Of a DNA stretch of 64,000 bases, positions 51,152 through 58,695 are shown piece after piece (position 1 is the first letter of the stretch; every line of letters begins with the position of its first letter). The DNA is taken from NCBI GenBank assembly GCA_947629745.1, contig CANREZ010000001.1, positions 15,300 to 79,299 on the forward strand. Reading direction: 5' to 3'. The notes beneath the pieces were generated by a model. It saw nothing but the letters and a program-made list of their open reading frames with translations, was not told the DNA's origin and did no database searches. The position numbers and the translations under genes were made by a program. The DNA is from an uncultured Clostridia bacterium. Its GTDB lineage: Bacteria > Bacillota > Clostridia > Christensenellales > UBA1242.

Positions 51152-52279
51152 TTATTGCATCTTGGAGTGATAGAGTTTCTCATTATCTAGGGCGGCGGGG
51201 TCGTATGGTTTGGCTAGAACGGCCAAGTGATTGTACTCGTATGCACGCTTGAAATCTCCAATATAGTAATAGCACATCCCTAGCATAAATGCTGGGATAT
51301 ACTGGTCGTAATCCATATTGTGGAAGGCGCCGGTGTGGGTGTCACATTTGGTGATTAGCCCCACGCTATACCAATATATGGCACGCGAGTAGTCTCGCCT
51401 ATCAAAATACGTATCACCCATTAGGCACACACCCTCCCCTCGTGGTGTGTCTAGGCTAAAACTATAAGCTAGAGCTTCGCGGCACTTAGCAGCATCTCCC
51501 TTCAAGCTATATATCTTTGAGATATTGTAACAAGAGGATATTTTGTTCTCCACATAACTATCCTTATCGTCCAACACTTTGGTGTAATATTTTAGCGCCT
51601 CATCGTATCTACTATGATAAAATAGTTCATTCGCGTAGTAGAAGTTTTCTCGTGCGGAGAAATGTTTCTTACTCTTTCTCAAATTCTCGTATATCTTAAT
51701 ATTCCTATCTGGGTCACCCTCACCTATCTTCCTGTGCTCGATGGGATGATCTAGGAAGATAATATTCCCGCTTGGTGTGATGCACTCATGCACTGCACCA
51801 ACGAATCTAAATCTCTCATCATTCCTACAAATTCTCTCCCTATAGTAACTAAATGTTGGGTTGCCGGCGCTATCAAACTGGATATTATATGGCATCATCA
51901 CGCAGTCAAATTGCCTGTCACTTGATAGCAATTCACGTATAGCCTCCCCTGTACTATCCGGCACTACGTCGTCAGCATCAAGCCACATGAAATATTCCAT
52001 AGAGCATAGACTAATTGCATAGTTTCGCGCTTTGCTAAAATCGTCGCACCAATTAAAGGTATACACTCTATCGGTATATTTCCTTGCAATATCCATAGTA
52101 TTATCTGTACTGCCAGTATCCACTATCACTATCTCATCAGCAAAATCCTTTACCCCAAGTAGGGCGCGCTCGAGGACATTTTCCTCATTTCGCACTATCA
52201 TACACACACTAATTTTTCTCATAATAATATTTACGCTAACCGAGGCAAAAATGTTTTTAGGAATTACATATTTTTCCAA
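51152..52279 (-). CDS. Family-2 glycosyltransferase with C-terminal TPR repeats (SunS-like architecture)
   Basis: GT-A motifs are seen (ISVCMIVRNEE, VIVDTGSTDNT, WLDADD). TPR-like helices follow. The start is either the TTG at 52279 or the ATG at 52222. Confidence 0.75.
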   Translation of the reverse strand: MEKYVIPKNIFASVSVNIIMRKISVCMIVRNEENVLERALLGVKDFADEIVIVDTGSTDNTMDIARKYTDRVYTFNWCDDFSKARNYAISLCSMEYFMWLDADDVVPDSTGEAIRELLSSDRQFDCVMMPYNIQFDSAGNPTFSYYRERICRNDERFRFVGAVHECITPSGNIIFLDHPIEHRKIGEGDPDRNIKIYENLRKSKKHFSARENFYYANELFYHSRYDEALKYYTKVLDDKDSYVENKISSCYNISKIYSLKGDAAKCREALAYSFSLDTPRGEGVCLMGDTYFDRRDYSRAIYWYSVGLITKCDTHTGAFHNMDYDQYIPAFMLGMCYYYIGDFKRAYEYNHLAVLAKPYDPAALDNEKLYHSKMQ

Positions 52280-52350
52280 CCACTTTATGCTTTACAAACC
52301 TTACCTCGGGTGATATAATGTTATAGAACAAATGTTTTATAGGAGGGAGT

Positions 52351-53604
52351 ATGAGATACATTTTGCACAGTGACCTAAATAATTTCTACGCTAGTTGCGA
52401 ATGTCTATACAATCCCTCTATTAGGAACAAAGCCGTAGTCGTGGTAGGTGATGCGGAAAAGCGTCACGGCATAGTCCTAGCGAAGAATTATATCGCAAAG
52501 AAATACAATATTAAGACCGGCGACACCATATATGAAGCGCGCAACAAATGTGAAGGGGAACTCGTGTGCGTCAAGGCAGATTTTGAGAAATATTTGCGTA
52601 TATCCCATATGGTAAAGGATATCTACAAGGAATATTCCGACCAGATGGAGAGCTTCGGGATAGACGAGGCGTGGATAGATATATCCCACCGGGCAAAAAA
52701 TTTTGACGAAGCATATGCTATTGCAGACGAGATACGCCTGCGCGTGTTTGACGAGATCGGTCTCACTGTGAGCGTGGGTGTGTCATTTAACAAAGTTTTT
52801 GCGAAACTCGCCAGTGACCTAAAGAAGCCAAATGCCGTGACCGTCATAACGGACAAAAATTTTAAAGACATCATCTGGCCACTGCCGGTTAGCGACCTAC
52901 TATATGTGGGTCATGCGACGGCGGAAAAATTATTAAAATTTAACATAAATACCATAGGCGACCTTGCAAAATGCGATACAGGACTACTAAAGAGCATTCT
53001 TGGCAAGAACGGCCTTATGATACAGTCCTTTGCGCGCGGGGAAGATTCTAGCCCGGTGCATAGCATATACGACAAAGAGGATATCAAGAGCATCGGAAAT
53101 TCCGTGACTCTCCCACATGACCTAGAGAAACTAGATGAGATTCTTGCTACATTCACCACACTTGCACATAGCGTGTCAAAGAGGATGAGTGACCACCACT
53201 TTAGGTGCAAAGGTATCGCTATATCAGTAAAGGACAAGGACCTAAATACTGCCGAACACCACACTAGGCTCGTCCGCCCTACAAATAGTGTGTCGGAATT
53301 AACTCATGCGGCCTACGACCTATTTTGCCACAATTATCCCTCATTCCCGCCAATTCGTGCACTGGGACTACGTGCGTGCGATCTAGTTCCTGACTCCGAC
53401 CCTGTGCAGTATAGCCTATTCACAGATATGGATAAGATTATCAAATTGCAGAAACTGGACAGTGTGGTAAATTCCATTCGCGATAAGTTTGGCCCGCAGT
53501 CCATATATCACGCAGACACCCGCACTTGCGATATATCCGACGCCACCCCGGATGACGAGAAACACTCCATCCACCCCGTGGGATATAGGAGGGATAGATC
53601 ATGA
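52351..53604 (+). CDS. dinB: Y-family DNA polymerase (Pol IV/DinB-like)
   Basis: Y-family signatures are seen: ILHSDLNNFYASCE and SIDEAWIDIS. It is 417 aa and has an AGGAGGGAG RBS. Confidence 0.88.
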   Translation: MRYILHSDLNNFYASCECLYNPSIRNKAVVVVGDAEKRHGIVLAKNYIAKKYNIKTGDTIYEARNKCEGELVCVKADFEKYLRISHMVKDIYKEYSDQMESFGIDEAWIDISHRAKNFDEAYAIADEIRLRVFDEIGLTVSVGVSFNKVFAKLASDLKKPNAVTVITDKNFKDIIWPLPVSDLLYVGHATAEKLLKFNINTIGDLAKCDTGLLKSILGKNGLMIQSFARGEDSSPVHSIYDKEDIKSIGNSVTLPHDLEKLDEILATFTTLAHSVSKRMSDHHFRCKGIAISVKDKDLNTAEHHTRLVRPTNSVSELTHAAYDLFCHNYPSFPPIRALGLRACDLVPDSDPVQYSLFTDMDKIIKLQKLDSVVNSIRDKFGPQSIYHADTRTCDISDATPDDEKHSIHPVGYRRDRS

Positions 53605-53846
53605 CGAGGAAAGAGTACGTCGACGTCATAGCATTCTTTGACACTCAGGGAAAACTCAATCCTATCAAGATTCGCTTATCTGACGGGTCAAGCCATATGA
53701 TAGACAAAATTTTGGAAGTGAAGAAATGTCCTGACTTAATCCTAGGTGGCATAGGCACGAGATATTCGGTGAGAATCGGGAGCAACAATATCCATCTATA
53801 TTTGCAAGATGGCAGATGGTATATACACACTGCTTGTGCATTGTGA
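53601..53846 (+). CDS. Small hypothetical protein translationally coupled to dinB
   Basis: 81 aa. Its ATG overlaps the dinB TGA (ATGA). Confidence 0.5.
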   Translation: MTRKEYVDVIAFFDTQGKLNPIKIRLSDGSSHMIDKILEVKKCPDLILGGIGTRYSVRIGSNNIHLYLQDGRWYIHTACAL

Positions 53847-53962
53847 CACTATCAATTCACTTTTTGTCAAATAGTATATATATGGTGACAATATTATTTT
53901 AATTATTAGTTAGTACCTATCAAACACTTGAAAATTTATGCAATGTGAGGTAATATTATTGT

Positions 53963-54562
53963 ATGGACAAATTCGAATTTCAAGCATTCCTGGATAGTAT
54001 AGATACGAGCCATAAGCCAACCCTCCTACTGCATGTGTGTTGCGGGCCGTGTAGTAGTTATTGTATGGAATATCTAAATAAGTATTTTGATATCACCCTA
54101 TACTATTACAATCCAAATATTTACCCTAAGGCTGAGTACGACAAGCGAGCGGAGGAACTAACAAACCTAAATTCCAAGATGTACAATCTGCCTATAGTCT
54201 ATGGCACATATGAGACTGAGAAATATTATGCGGCAATACGGGACCACATAGATGACCCCGAGGGAAGTCTTAGGTGCTACGATTGTATGTCACTTAGGAT
54301 GGATGAGGCGGCAAAATATGCGCGTGATCACCATTTCGATTACTTCACCACTACTCTATCCATCAGCCCACACAAGAATAGCAAGTGGATCAACGAGATT
54401 GGCTACAGCTTACAAGATAAGTATGGGATAAAATATCTCTACAGTGATTTTAAGAAGAATAATGGATATCTTAGGTCCATTGAGCTGTGCAAAAAATACA
54501 ATGTGTATCGACAGGACTACTGTGGATGTAGTATGTCAATGAAGCGAGTGAACCATGAGTGA
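53963..54562 (+). CDS. queH: Epoxyqueuosine reductase QueH (DUF208)
   Basis: Signatures seen: LLLHVCCGPCSSY, CYDCMSLRM, TTTLSISPHKNS and YRQDYCGC. Confidence 0.88.
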   Translation: MDKFEFQAFLDSIDTSHKPTLLLHVCCGPCSSYCMEYLNKYFDITLYYYNPNIYPKAEYDKRAEELTNLNSKMYNLPIVYGTYETEKYYAAIRDHIDDPEGSLRCYDCMSLRMDEAAKYARDHHFDYFTTTLSISPHKNSKWINEIGYSLQDKYGIKYLYSDFKKNNGYLRSIELCKKYNVYRQDYCGCSMSMKRVNHE

Positions 54563-54923
54563 GTTCTTTCATGCAAATTATTTCAAGGTCCACAACCTGC
54601 GACTCTGTGCCATCCACGAATATTACTTTAGTAGGATAGACCAAGTGGAGCAAAATTTTGATGTCGACCAAGCAATAGGACTTATCAACGAGATTATCGG
54701 AAAATTTGGCACAACTATCGAGCAAGTGGGCAAACTGCAAGCAAGTTATGTCATAATACACTCAGAGGATATCAAGCGAGATCTCTATGACGCAAAGACC
54801 GAACAAGATATCCTAGACGACCTAGAGTATATGCGAGACTGCGTCTTAGTCGATGCTCTAGTCCGCGCCGGGCATTACCCTTCTGTCCCCGCCGTCATCC
54901 GCGCCATGAATAAGAAGGTATAA
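54555..54923 (+). CDS. Hypothetical protein overlapping the queH 3' end
   Basis: 122 aa. Its start overlaps the queH stop region and a terminator follows. Confidence 0.5.
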   Translation: MSEFFHANYFKVHNLRLCAIHEYYFSRIDQVEQNFDVDQAIGLINEIIGKFGTTIEQVGKLQASYVIIHSEDIKRDLYDAKTEQDILDDLEYMRDCVLVDALVRAGHYPSVPAVIRAMNKKV

Positions 54924-54924
54924 A

Positions 54925-54954
54925 AAGAACTCTCATATTCGAGAGCTCTTTTTT
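54925..54954 (+). terminator. Intrinsic terminator
   Basis: An AGAACTCTC...GAGAGCTCT stem is followed by TTTTTT. Confidence 0.7.
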
Positions 54955-55046
54955 ATTTATAATCAATTATTATCTGTTGTTTTAAATTAGCTATTATCTA
55001 TTGTTATATTTATTTTATGTTGTTTTATTTCTCTACTACTCTATCC

Positions 55047-55280
55047 TTATTCCTTCCCGTTACCTTCGCCCAGTTTGTCAAACTCCTCAGCTATTCTCAT
55101 AATCTCTTTCTGATCCGTTAGGAAGTGGACTTTGTTATTTTCGACATACGCCATCTCTAGGTCCATGGTCTTTATATCATAAAGCACTAAGTATTCTAGA
55201 TTCTTTGGTCCTAACTTTGCTGTACGTTGCACAGTATAGTAGTTGCCTTCTTTTGTCTTGATTACATCATTTATTTCCAT
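55047..55280 (-). CDS. Small acidic protein (possibly DUF1292-like)
   Basis: 77 aa. It lies 14 nt downstream of the 55295..56179 gene, so it is probably co-transcribed. Confidence 0.45.
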   Translation of the reverse strand: MEINDVIKTKEGNYYTVQRTAKLGPKNLEYLVLYDIKTMDLEMAYVENNKVHFLTDQKEIMRIAEEFDKLGEGNGKE

Positions 55281-55294
55281 TTTTATTCTCTCCT

Positions 55295-56179
55295 CTATTC
55301 TCTCTCACTCTCAACCTTTCCATCGCGCTGTGCTTCAAGTTTCTCTACTTCAGCTTTTATTTGATCAAAGACTACCTCGAATGCTTCATCTTTAAGTTCA
55401 TTATGTTTTTTATTGTTTTTTATATTTCTAACAACATCTATACCCGAAGATATCAAATACATTACGATTGAAGTTATTGCAACCAAACCAAAAGCTGAAA
55501 TGAAAAAATTTACAGCCTCTCTACCAAGATCTGGCCATAATAGTGACACAACAGTAGGAATAGGAATTAAACCCATCATCCCAAGAGTGAGTGCACGAGT
55601 AGCATTTGAAGGATGTAATATAGACCTATCATGTGAGAATTTATCTAGCACATGCAACGCATTACCATCACTGTGGCGTTGCAGTAAATTCCTAATTGCT
55701 TGGCTTACGATCTCCGGATCATGTAACTCGATGATTTCATCTATTTCTTCATTAGCTTTTTTACTACGTTCTTTACCGATACTTTTCTTGCTAAATGCTG
55801 CGGCAACATTATGATTAATAAGTTTCTTTGTAGATTCATTCAATTTAGCTTGTTCCAATGTAATTGTTAAATTAATAATATCTTCAGTCGAAGGTGGCAT
55901 ACCCCATCTGTCAATGAGCGGGTTGTCATTCATAAATTCTGTCATCCCCTCACTTAATAAAACAACAGCATCCGTTCGTGCTATTTTATCGTAATTTTTA
56001 CTTTTGATTTTACTTTCTACAGTATCAATTGTTTCGGTCCTTCTGCGTTTTTGTGCAAGTAACATTTCATTATACAGTCTCTTTAACTTTATCTCCTTGT
56101 AATTCTCTGCAAGATCACTGTATTTTGATAGCCTCTTTACTGCAATATCTGGTGATACTTTTAGGACATTTTCATCCAT
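55295..56179 (-). CDS. Hypothetical membrane protein (two C-terminal TM helices)
   Basis: The start is set at the ATG at 56179, which lies 7 nt after GGGAGGAAG. The ORF track begins 5 codons earlier, at 56194. Confidence 0.55.
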   Translation of the reverse strand: MDENVLKVSPDIAVKRLSKYSDLAENYKEIKLKRLYNEMLLAQKRRRTETIDTVESKIKSKNYDKIARTDAVVLLSEGMTEFMNDNPLIDRWGMPPSTEDIINLTITLEQAKLNESTKKLINHNVAAAFSKKSIGKERSKKANEEIDEIIELHDPEIVSQAIRNLLQRHSDGNALHVLDKFSHDRSILHPSNATRALTLGMMGLIPIPTVVSLLWPDLGREAVNFFISAFGLVAITSIVMYLISSGIDVVRNIKNNKKHNELKDEAFEVVFDQIKAEVEKLEAQRDGKVESERE

Positions 56180-56237
56180 ATCTCTTCCTCCCATTACTTA
56201 TACTTTTCTTTTAGCGTATCATGCTATACTTACCTAA

Positions 56238-56268
56238 AATATATCACCCCCCCCCCCAGAAAAGTCAA
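56238..56268 (-). promoter_or_regulatory. Promoter with a G11 homopolymer inside the -35/-10 spacer
   Basis: On the minus strand: TTGACT (56268-56263); a 19-nt spacer TTTCT-G11-TGA; then TATATT (56243-56238). The TGA provides an extended -10 TG. Confidence 0.55.
56247..56257. repeat. Homopolymeric C11 (G11 on the minus strand) tract
   Basis: This is a direct count in the sequence. I saw no other long G/C homopolymer in this AT-rich window. Confidence 0.95.
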
Positions 56269-56343
56269 CATAAAAATAAAAAACTTTCAAATTTTGGTAA
56301 ATTTTACTAATTTTATCTAAAATACATATAAAACAACAATTGT

Positions 56344-56532
56344 AGAGTGCAGTACACTACTTTCCCAGTTCTAATCAATTGTATCTTGTGTTGATGCTGT
56401 AATTCTATTTTTATCCTAATTATTTAGTGGGTCATGAGCGCGAACCTAAGTGGGTACGTAAGCCGCCTCAATCCCCTCAGGCGGTGATAAACACCGCCAG
56501 CTCCCCTTACTAAAAGGGAGCCTTATGAGGTT
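56344..56532 (+). repeat. Truncated composite element (copy E): hairpin/TTCTAAT module + AT-rich module + one arm
   Basis: The arm at 56426-56532 reads AGTGGGTCATGAGCGCGAACCTAAG...CTCAATCCCCTCAG-GCGGTGATAAACACCGC-CAGCTCCCCTTACTAAAAGGGAGCC. It ends about 100 nt before the vanW start. Confidence 0.85.
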
Positions 56533-56632
56533 TTATCTTCATTTGAGCACATAAGTGCCACACAATCCTATCTCAATCCTTTACATAAATAGTTCTCATT
56601 TACACATAATAAATGTAATTTTAGAGGGTATT

Positions 56633-58039
56633 ATGGAAAGAGGTAAGAGAAAGTCTATAACAATCTGGATAGTGGCGCTAGTGACGCTACTGCTATTCCT
56701 TGCAATTGGTGGGAATATTATCCTTGATTCCACCGATGTAGAGAGGGATAATTCGGTAAAAATTAACGGCGTGAACGTGAGTGGTGTGGACCGCACGACA
56801 GCTATCGAGACGCTAGCACAGAGATTTAACGAGCAGGCGGAGAACTTAGAAATTGTGTTACATCACGATGATCGCACCTGGCAGATAAAGGGCTCGGATT
56901 ACGAGATAAATTCAGATATCTACACTATCATCGACGAAGCGCAGAGGCGAGAAATTCTAGCCAGTGACTTCGAGGAGTCTAGAGATTTTGTGACAAACGC
57001 CAATGACGGCGACCTCGTAGTGAATTTCGATTACTTATTCGTAGGGCTATCTGACACACTAGATGAGATCATAAGTGACGTCACAGTAGAGCCGGTCAAT
57101 GCCCGTGTGGAGTTTGATACCAATGTCGACTCTGGATACATAATTTTTGATGCGCAAGTCGGCACTACAGTGGACCGCGATGCCCTATATTCTAGCATAA
57201 ATAGCCAGTACCAGTCATCAAATAGGATAGATATTGACTTGCCAATGATGGATCTTCCAGCCCAGATTGACTCCAGCGATATAGCTGGTGCGATGAACAA
57301 AATTGCATCGTTTTCCACATCCGTATCCGACAGCACGGGTAATAGGAAATACAATGTGAATCTCGCGCTATCCAAATTCGACGGAATGGTAGTTTTGCCA
57401 CATGAAAATGTTTCATTCAATAGCGTCACTGGTCCGCATACTAAGGAAAATGGCTACAAAGTGGCCACCATCATCCTGCAAGGAAAATTCACCGAGGGCG
57501 TAGGTGGTGGGATTTGCCAAGCAAGCACCACTCTATACAATGCCCTACTACTTGCCGGTCGCGATGTAACTGATGTGCAGCGCCACACCCTACCCGTACA
57601 TTATGTACCACTAGGTCTTGATGCGATGGTCGCTGAGGGTATTTCTGATATGTGTTTCTACAATAATAGTGATAGCCCGCTAATCATCCACACTTACCAC
57701 GATTCAGACAACGTGTATGTCGACCTATACAGCGCCGACCTTGACGGAGTTTCCTACAAAACTCGCAGTGAAGTGGTCCGCACTATCCCTGCAAATGACA
57801 AGGTGATATTAGATACCAACCAAAATTATTCCTCACACGTCCTCTACAAAGGTGAGCGTTACCGCATAGCTTATGCTAAGGATGGTTATGAAGTGAAAAG
57901 TTATCTCGACCGCTACGAGGGTGATACACTTACCAAGTCCACCCTACTTCGCCATGATACCTACCAACCACAAGATGGTCTAGTCGTAGAAGGCGCACTT
58001 GATATGCCCGAGGACTTCACCACAAACGATGAGCAGTAG
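56633..58039 (+). CDS. VanW-family protein (membrane-anchored)
   Basis: The VanW core GVGGGICQASTTLYNALLLAG ... HYVPLGLDAMV is present, with an N-terminal TM helix. The start is set at the ATG at 56633 (MERGKRKS), which lies behind AGAGGG. Confidence 0.8.
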   Translation: MERGKRKSITIWIVALVTLLLFLAIGGNIILDSTDVERDNSVKINGVNVSGVDRTTAIETLAQRFNEQAENLEIVLHHDDRTWQIKGSDYEINSDIYTIIDEAQRREILASDFEESRDFVTNANDGDLVVNFDYLFVGLSDTLDEIISDVTVEPVNARVEFDTNVDSGYIIFDAQVGTTVDRDALYSSINSQYQSSNRIDIDLPMMDLPAQIDSSDIAGAMNKIASFSTSVSDSTGNRKYNVNLALSKFDGMVVLPHENVSFNSVTGPHTKENGYKVATIILQGKFTEGVGGGICQASTTLYNALLLAGRDVTDVQRHTLPVHYVPLGLDAMVAEGISDMCFYNNSDSPLIIHTYHDSDNVYVDLYSADLDGVSYKTRSEVVRTIPANDKVILDTNQNYSSHVLYKGERYRIAYAKDGYEVKSYLDRYEGDTLTKSTLLRHDTYQPQDGLVVEGALDMPEDFTTNDEQ

Positions 58040-58107
58040 GTGACATGTCACGGTCCTAGACTATAAGAAAACTTTATATATAGTCAGTATACGTGAATTA
58101 AAAGATA

Positions 58108-58580
58108 CCCCCAATCCGGCGTCAGCCACTTTCCTCGTTATAATCAGTAACATCTTGTATTAATAATTTATTTTTATCTTTTATGTTAATATTTGTTATT
58201 CTAATATTTCATCCTTTATTTATTTTATTATTTAGCAGGTCATGAGCGTGAACCTAAGTAAGCCCGTAAGTCGGCTCAATCCCCTCAGTCGGTGATAAAC
58301 ACCGCCAGCTCCCCTTACTAAAAGGTAGCCTTTATGAGGTCGTTATATTAAATATAAAAATGAAATAAACAATAATCAATTTAATTTTTGTATCATTGAC
58401 CTTATAAGAGAATGATAAGAATTTGTTGTAATTATATTTTTTATTAAGTAATTAATTTTTCCCTATTTATTTTAACCTTATTTAGGCGCCCCGTAGTAGG
58501 GGGAGCTGCCACCGATTAGGTGGCTGAGGGGATTGAGCGGGCTCTTCATCCAACTTTGCTACCAACTTCACACCCACTAA
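58108..58580 (+). repeat. Full-length ~470-nt composite element (copy F)
   Basis: The parts are: a hairpin/TTATAAT module at 58108-58147; a conserved AT-rich module; an arm at 58234-58342 as reverse complement; an AT-rich core at 58343-58481; and an arm at 58482-58580. Confidence 0.85.
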
Positions 58581-58660
58581 AAATAATATCAGTATACTAT
58601 ATTATCAACCCACGAATTATTCCATGTCACTTTATACCCTACTCAGAATTTATATATTTA

Positions 58661-58689
58661 TTGACAAAGTAACTTAATATAGATACAAT
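58661..58689 (+). promoter_or_regulatory. Near-consensus promoter abutting the LRR lipoprotein start codon
   Basis: TTGACA, a 17-nt spacer, then TACAAT. The -10 ends 6 nt before the ATG at 58696 and there is no Shine-Dalgarno sequence. Confidence 0.5.
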
Positions 58690-58695
58690 GTAGGT

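Noticed and set aside
58482-58580. I considered whether the repeats are integron attC sites, because TTAGGC-like ends resemble the GTTRRRY core.
   Set aside because: There is no intI integrase and no array of co-oriented promoterless cassettes. The conserved core (GGGGAGCTG/CTGAGGGGATTGAGC) does not fit the attC R/L box organisation.
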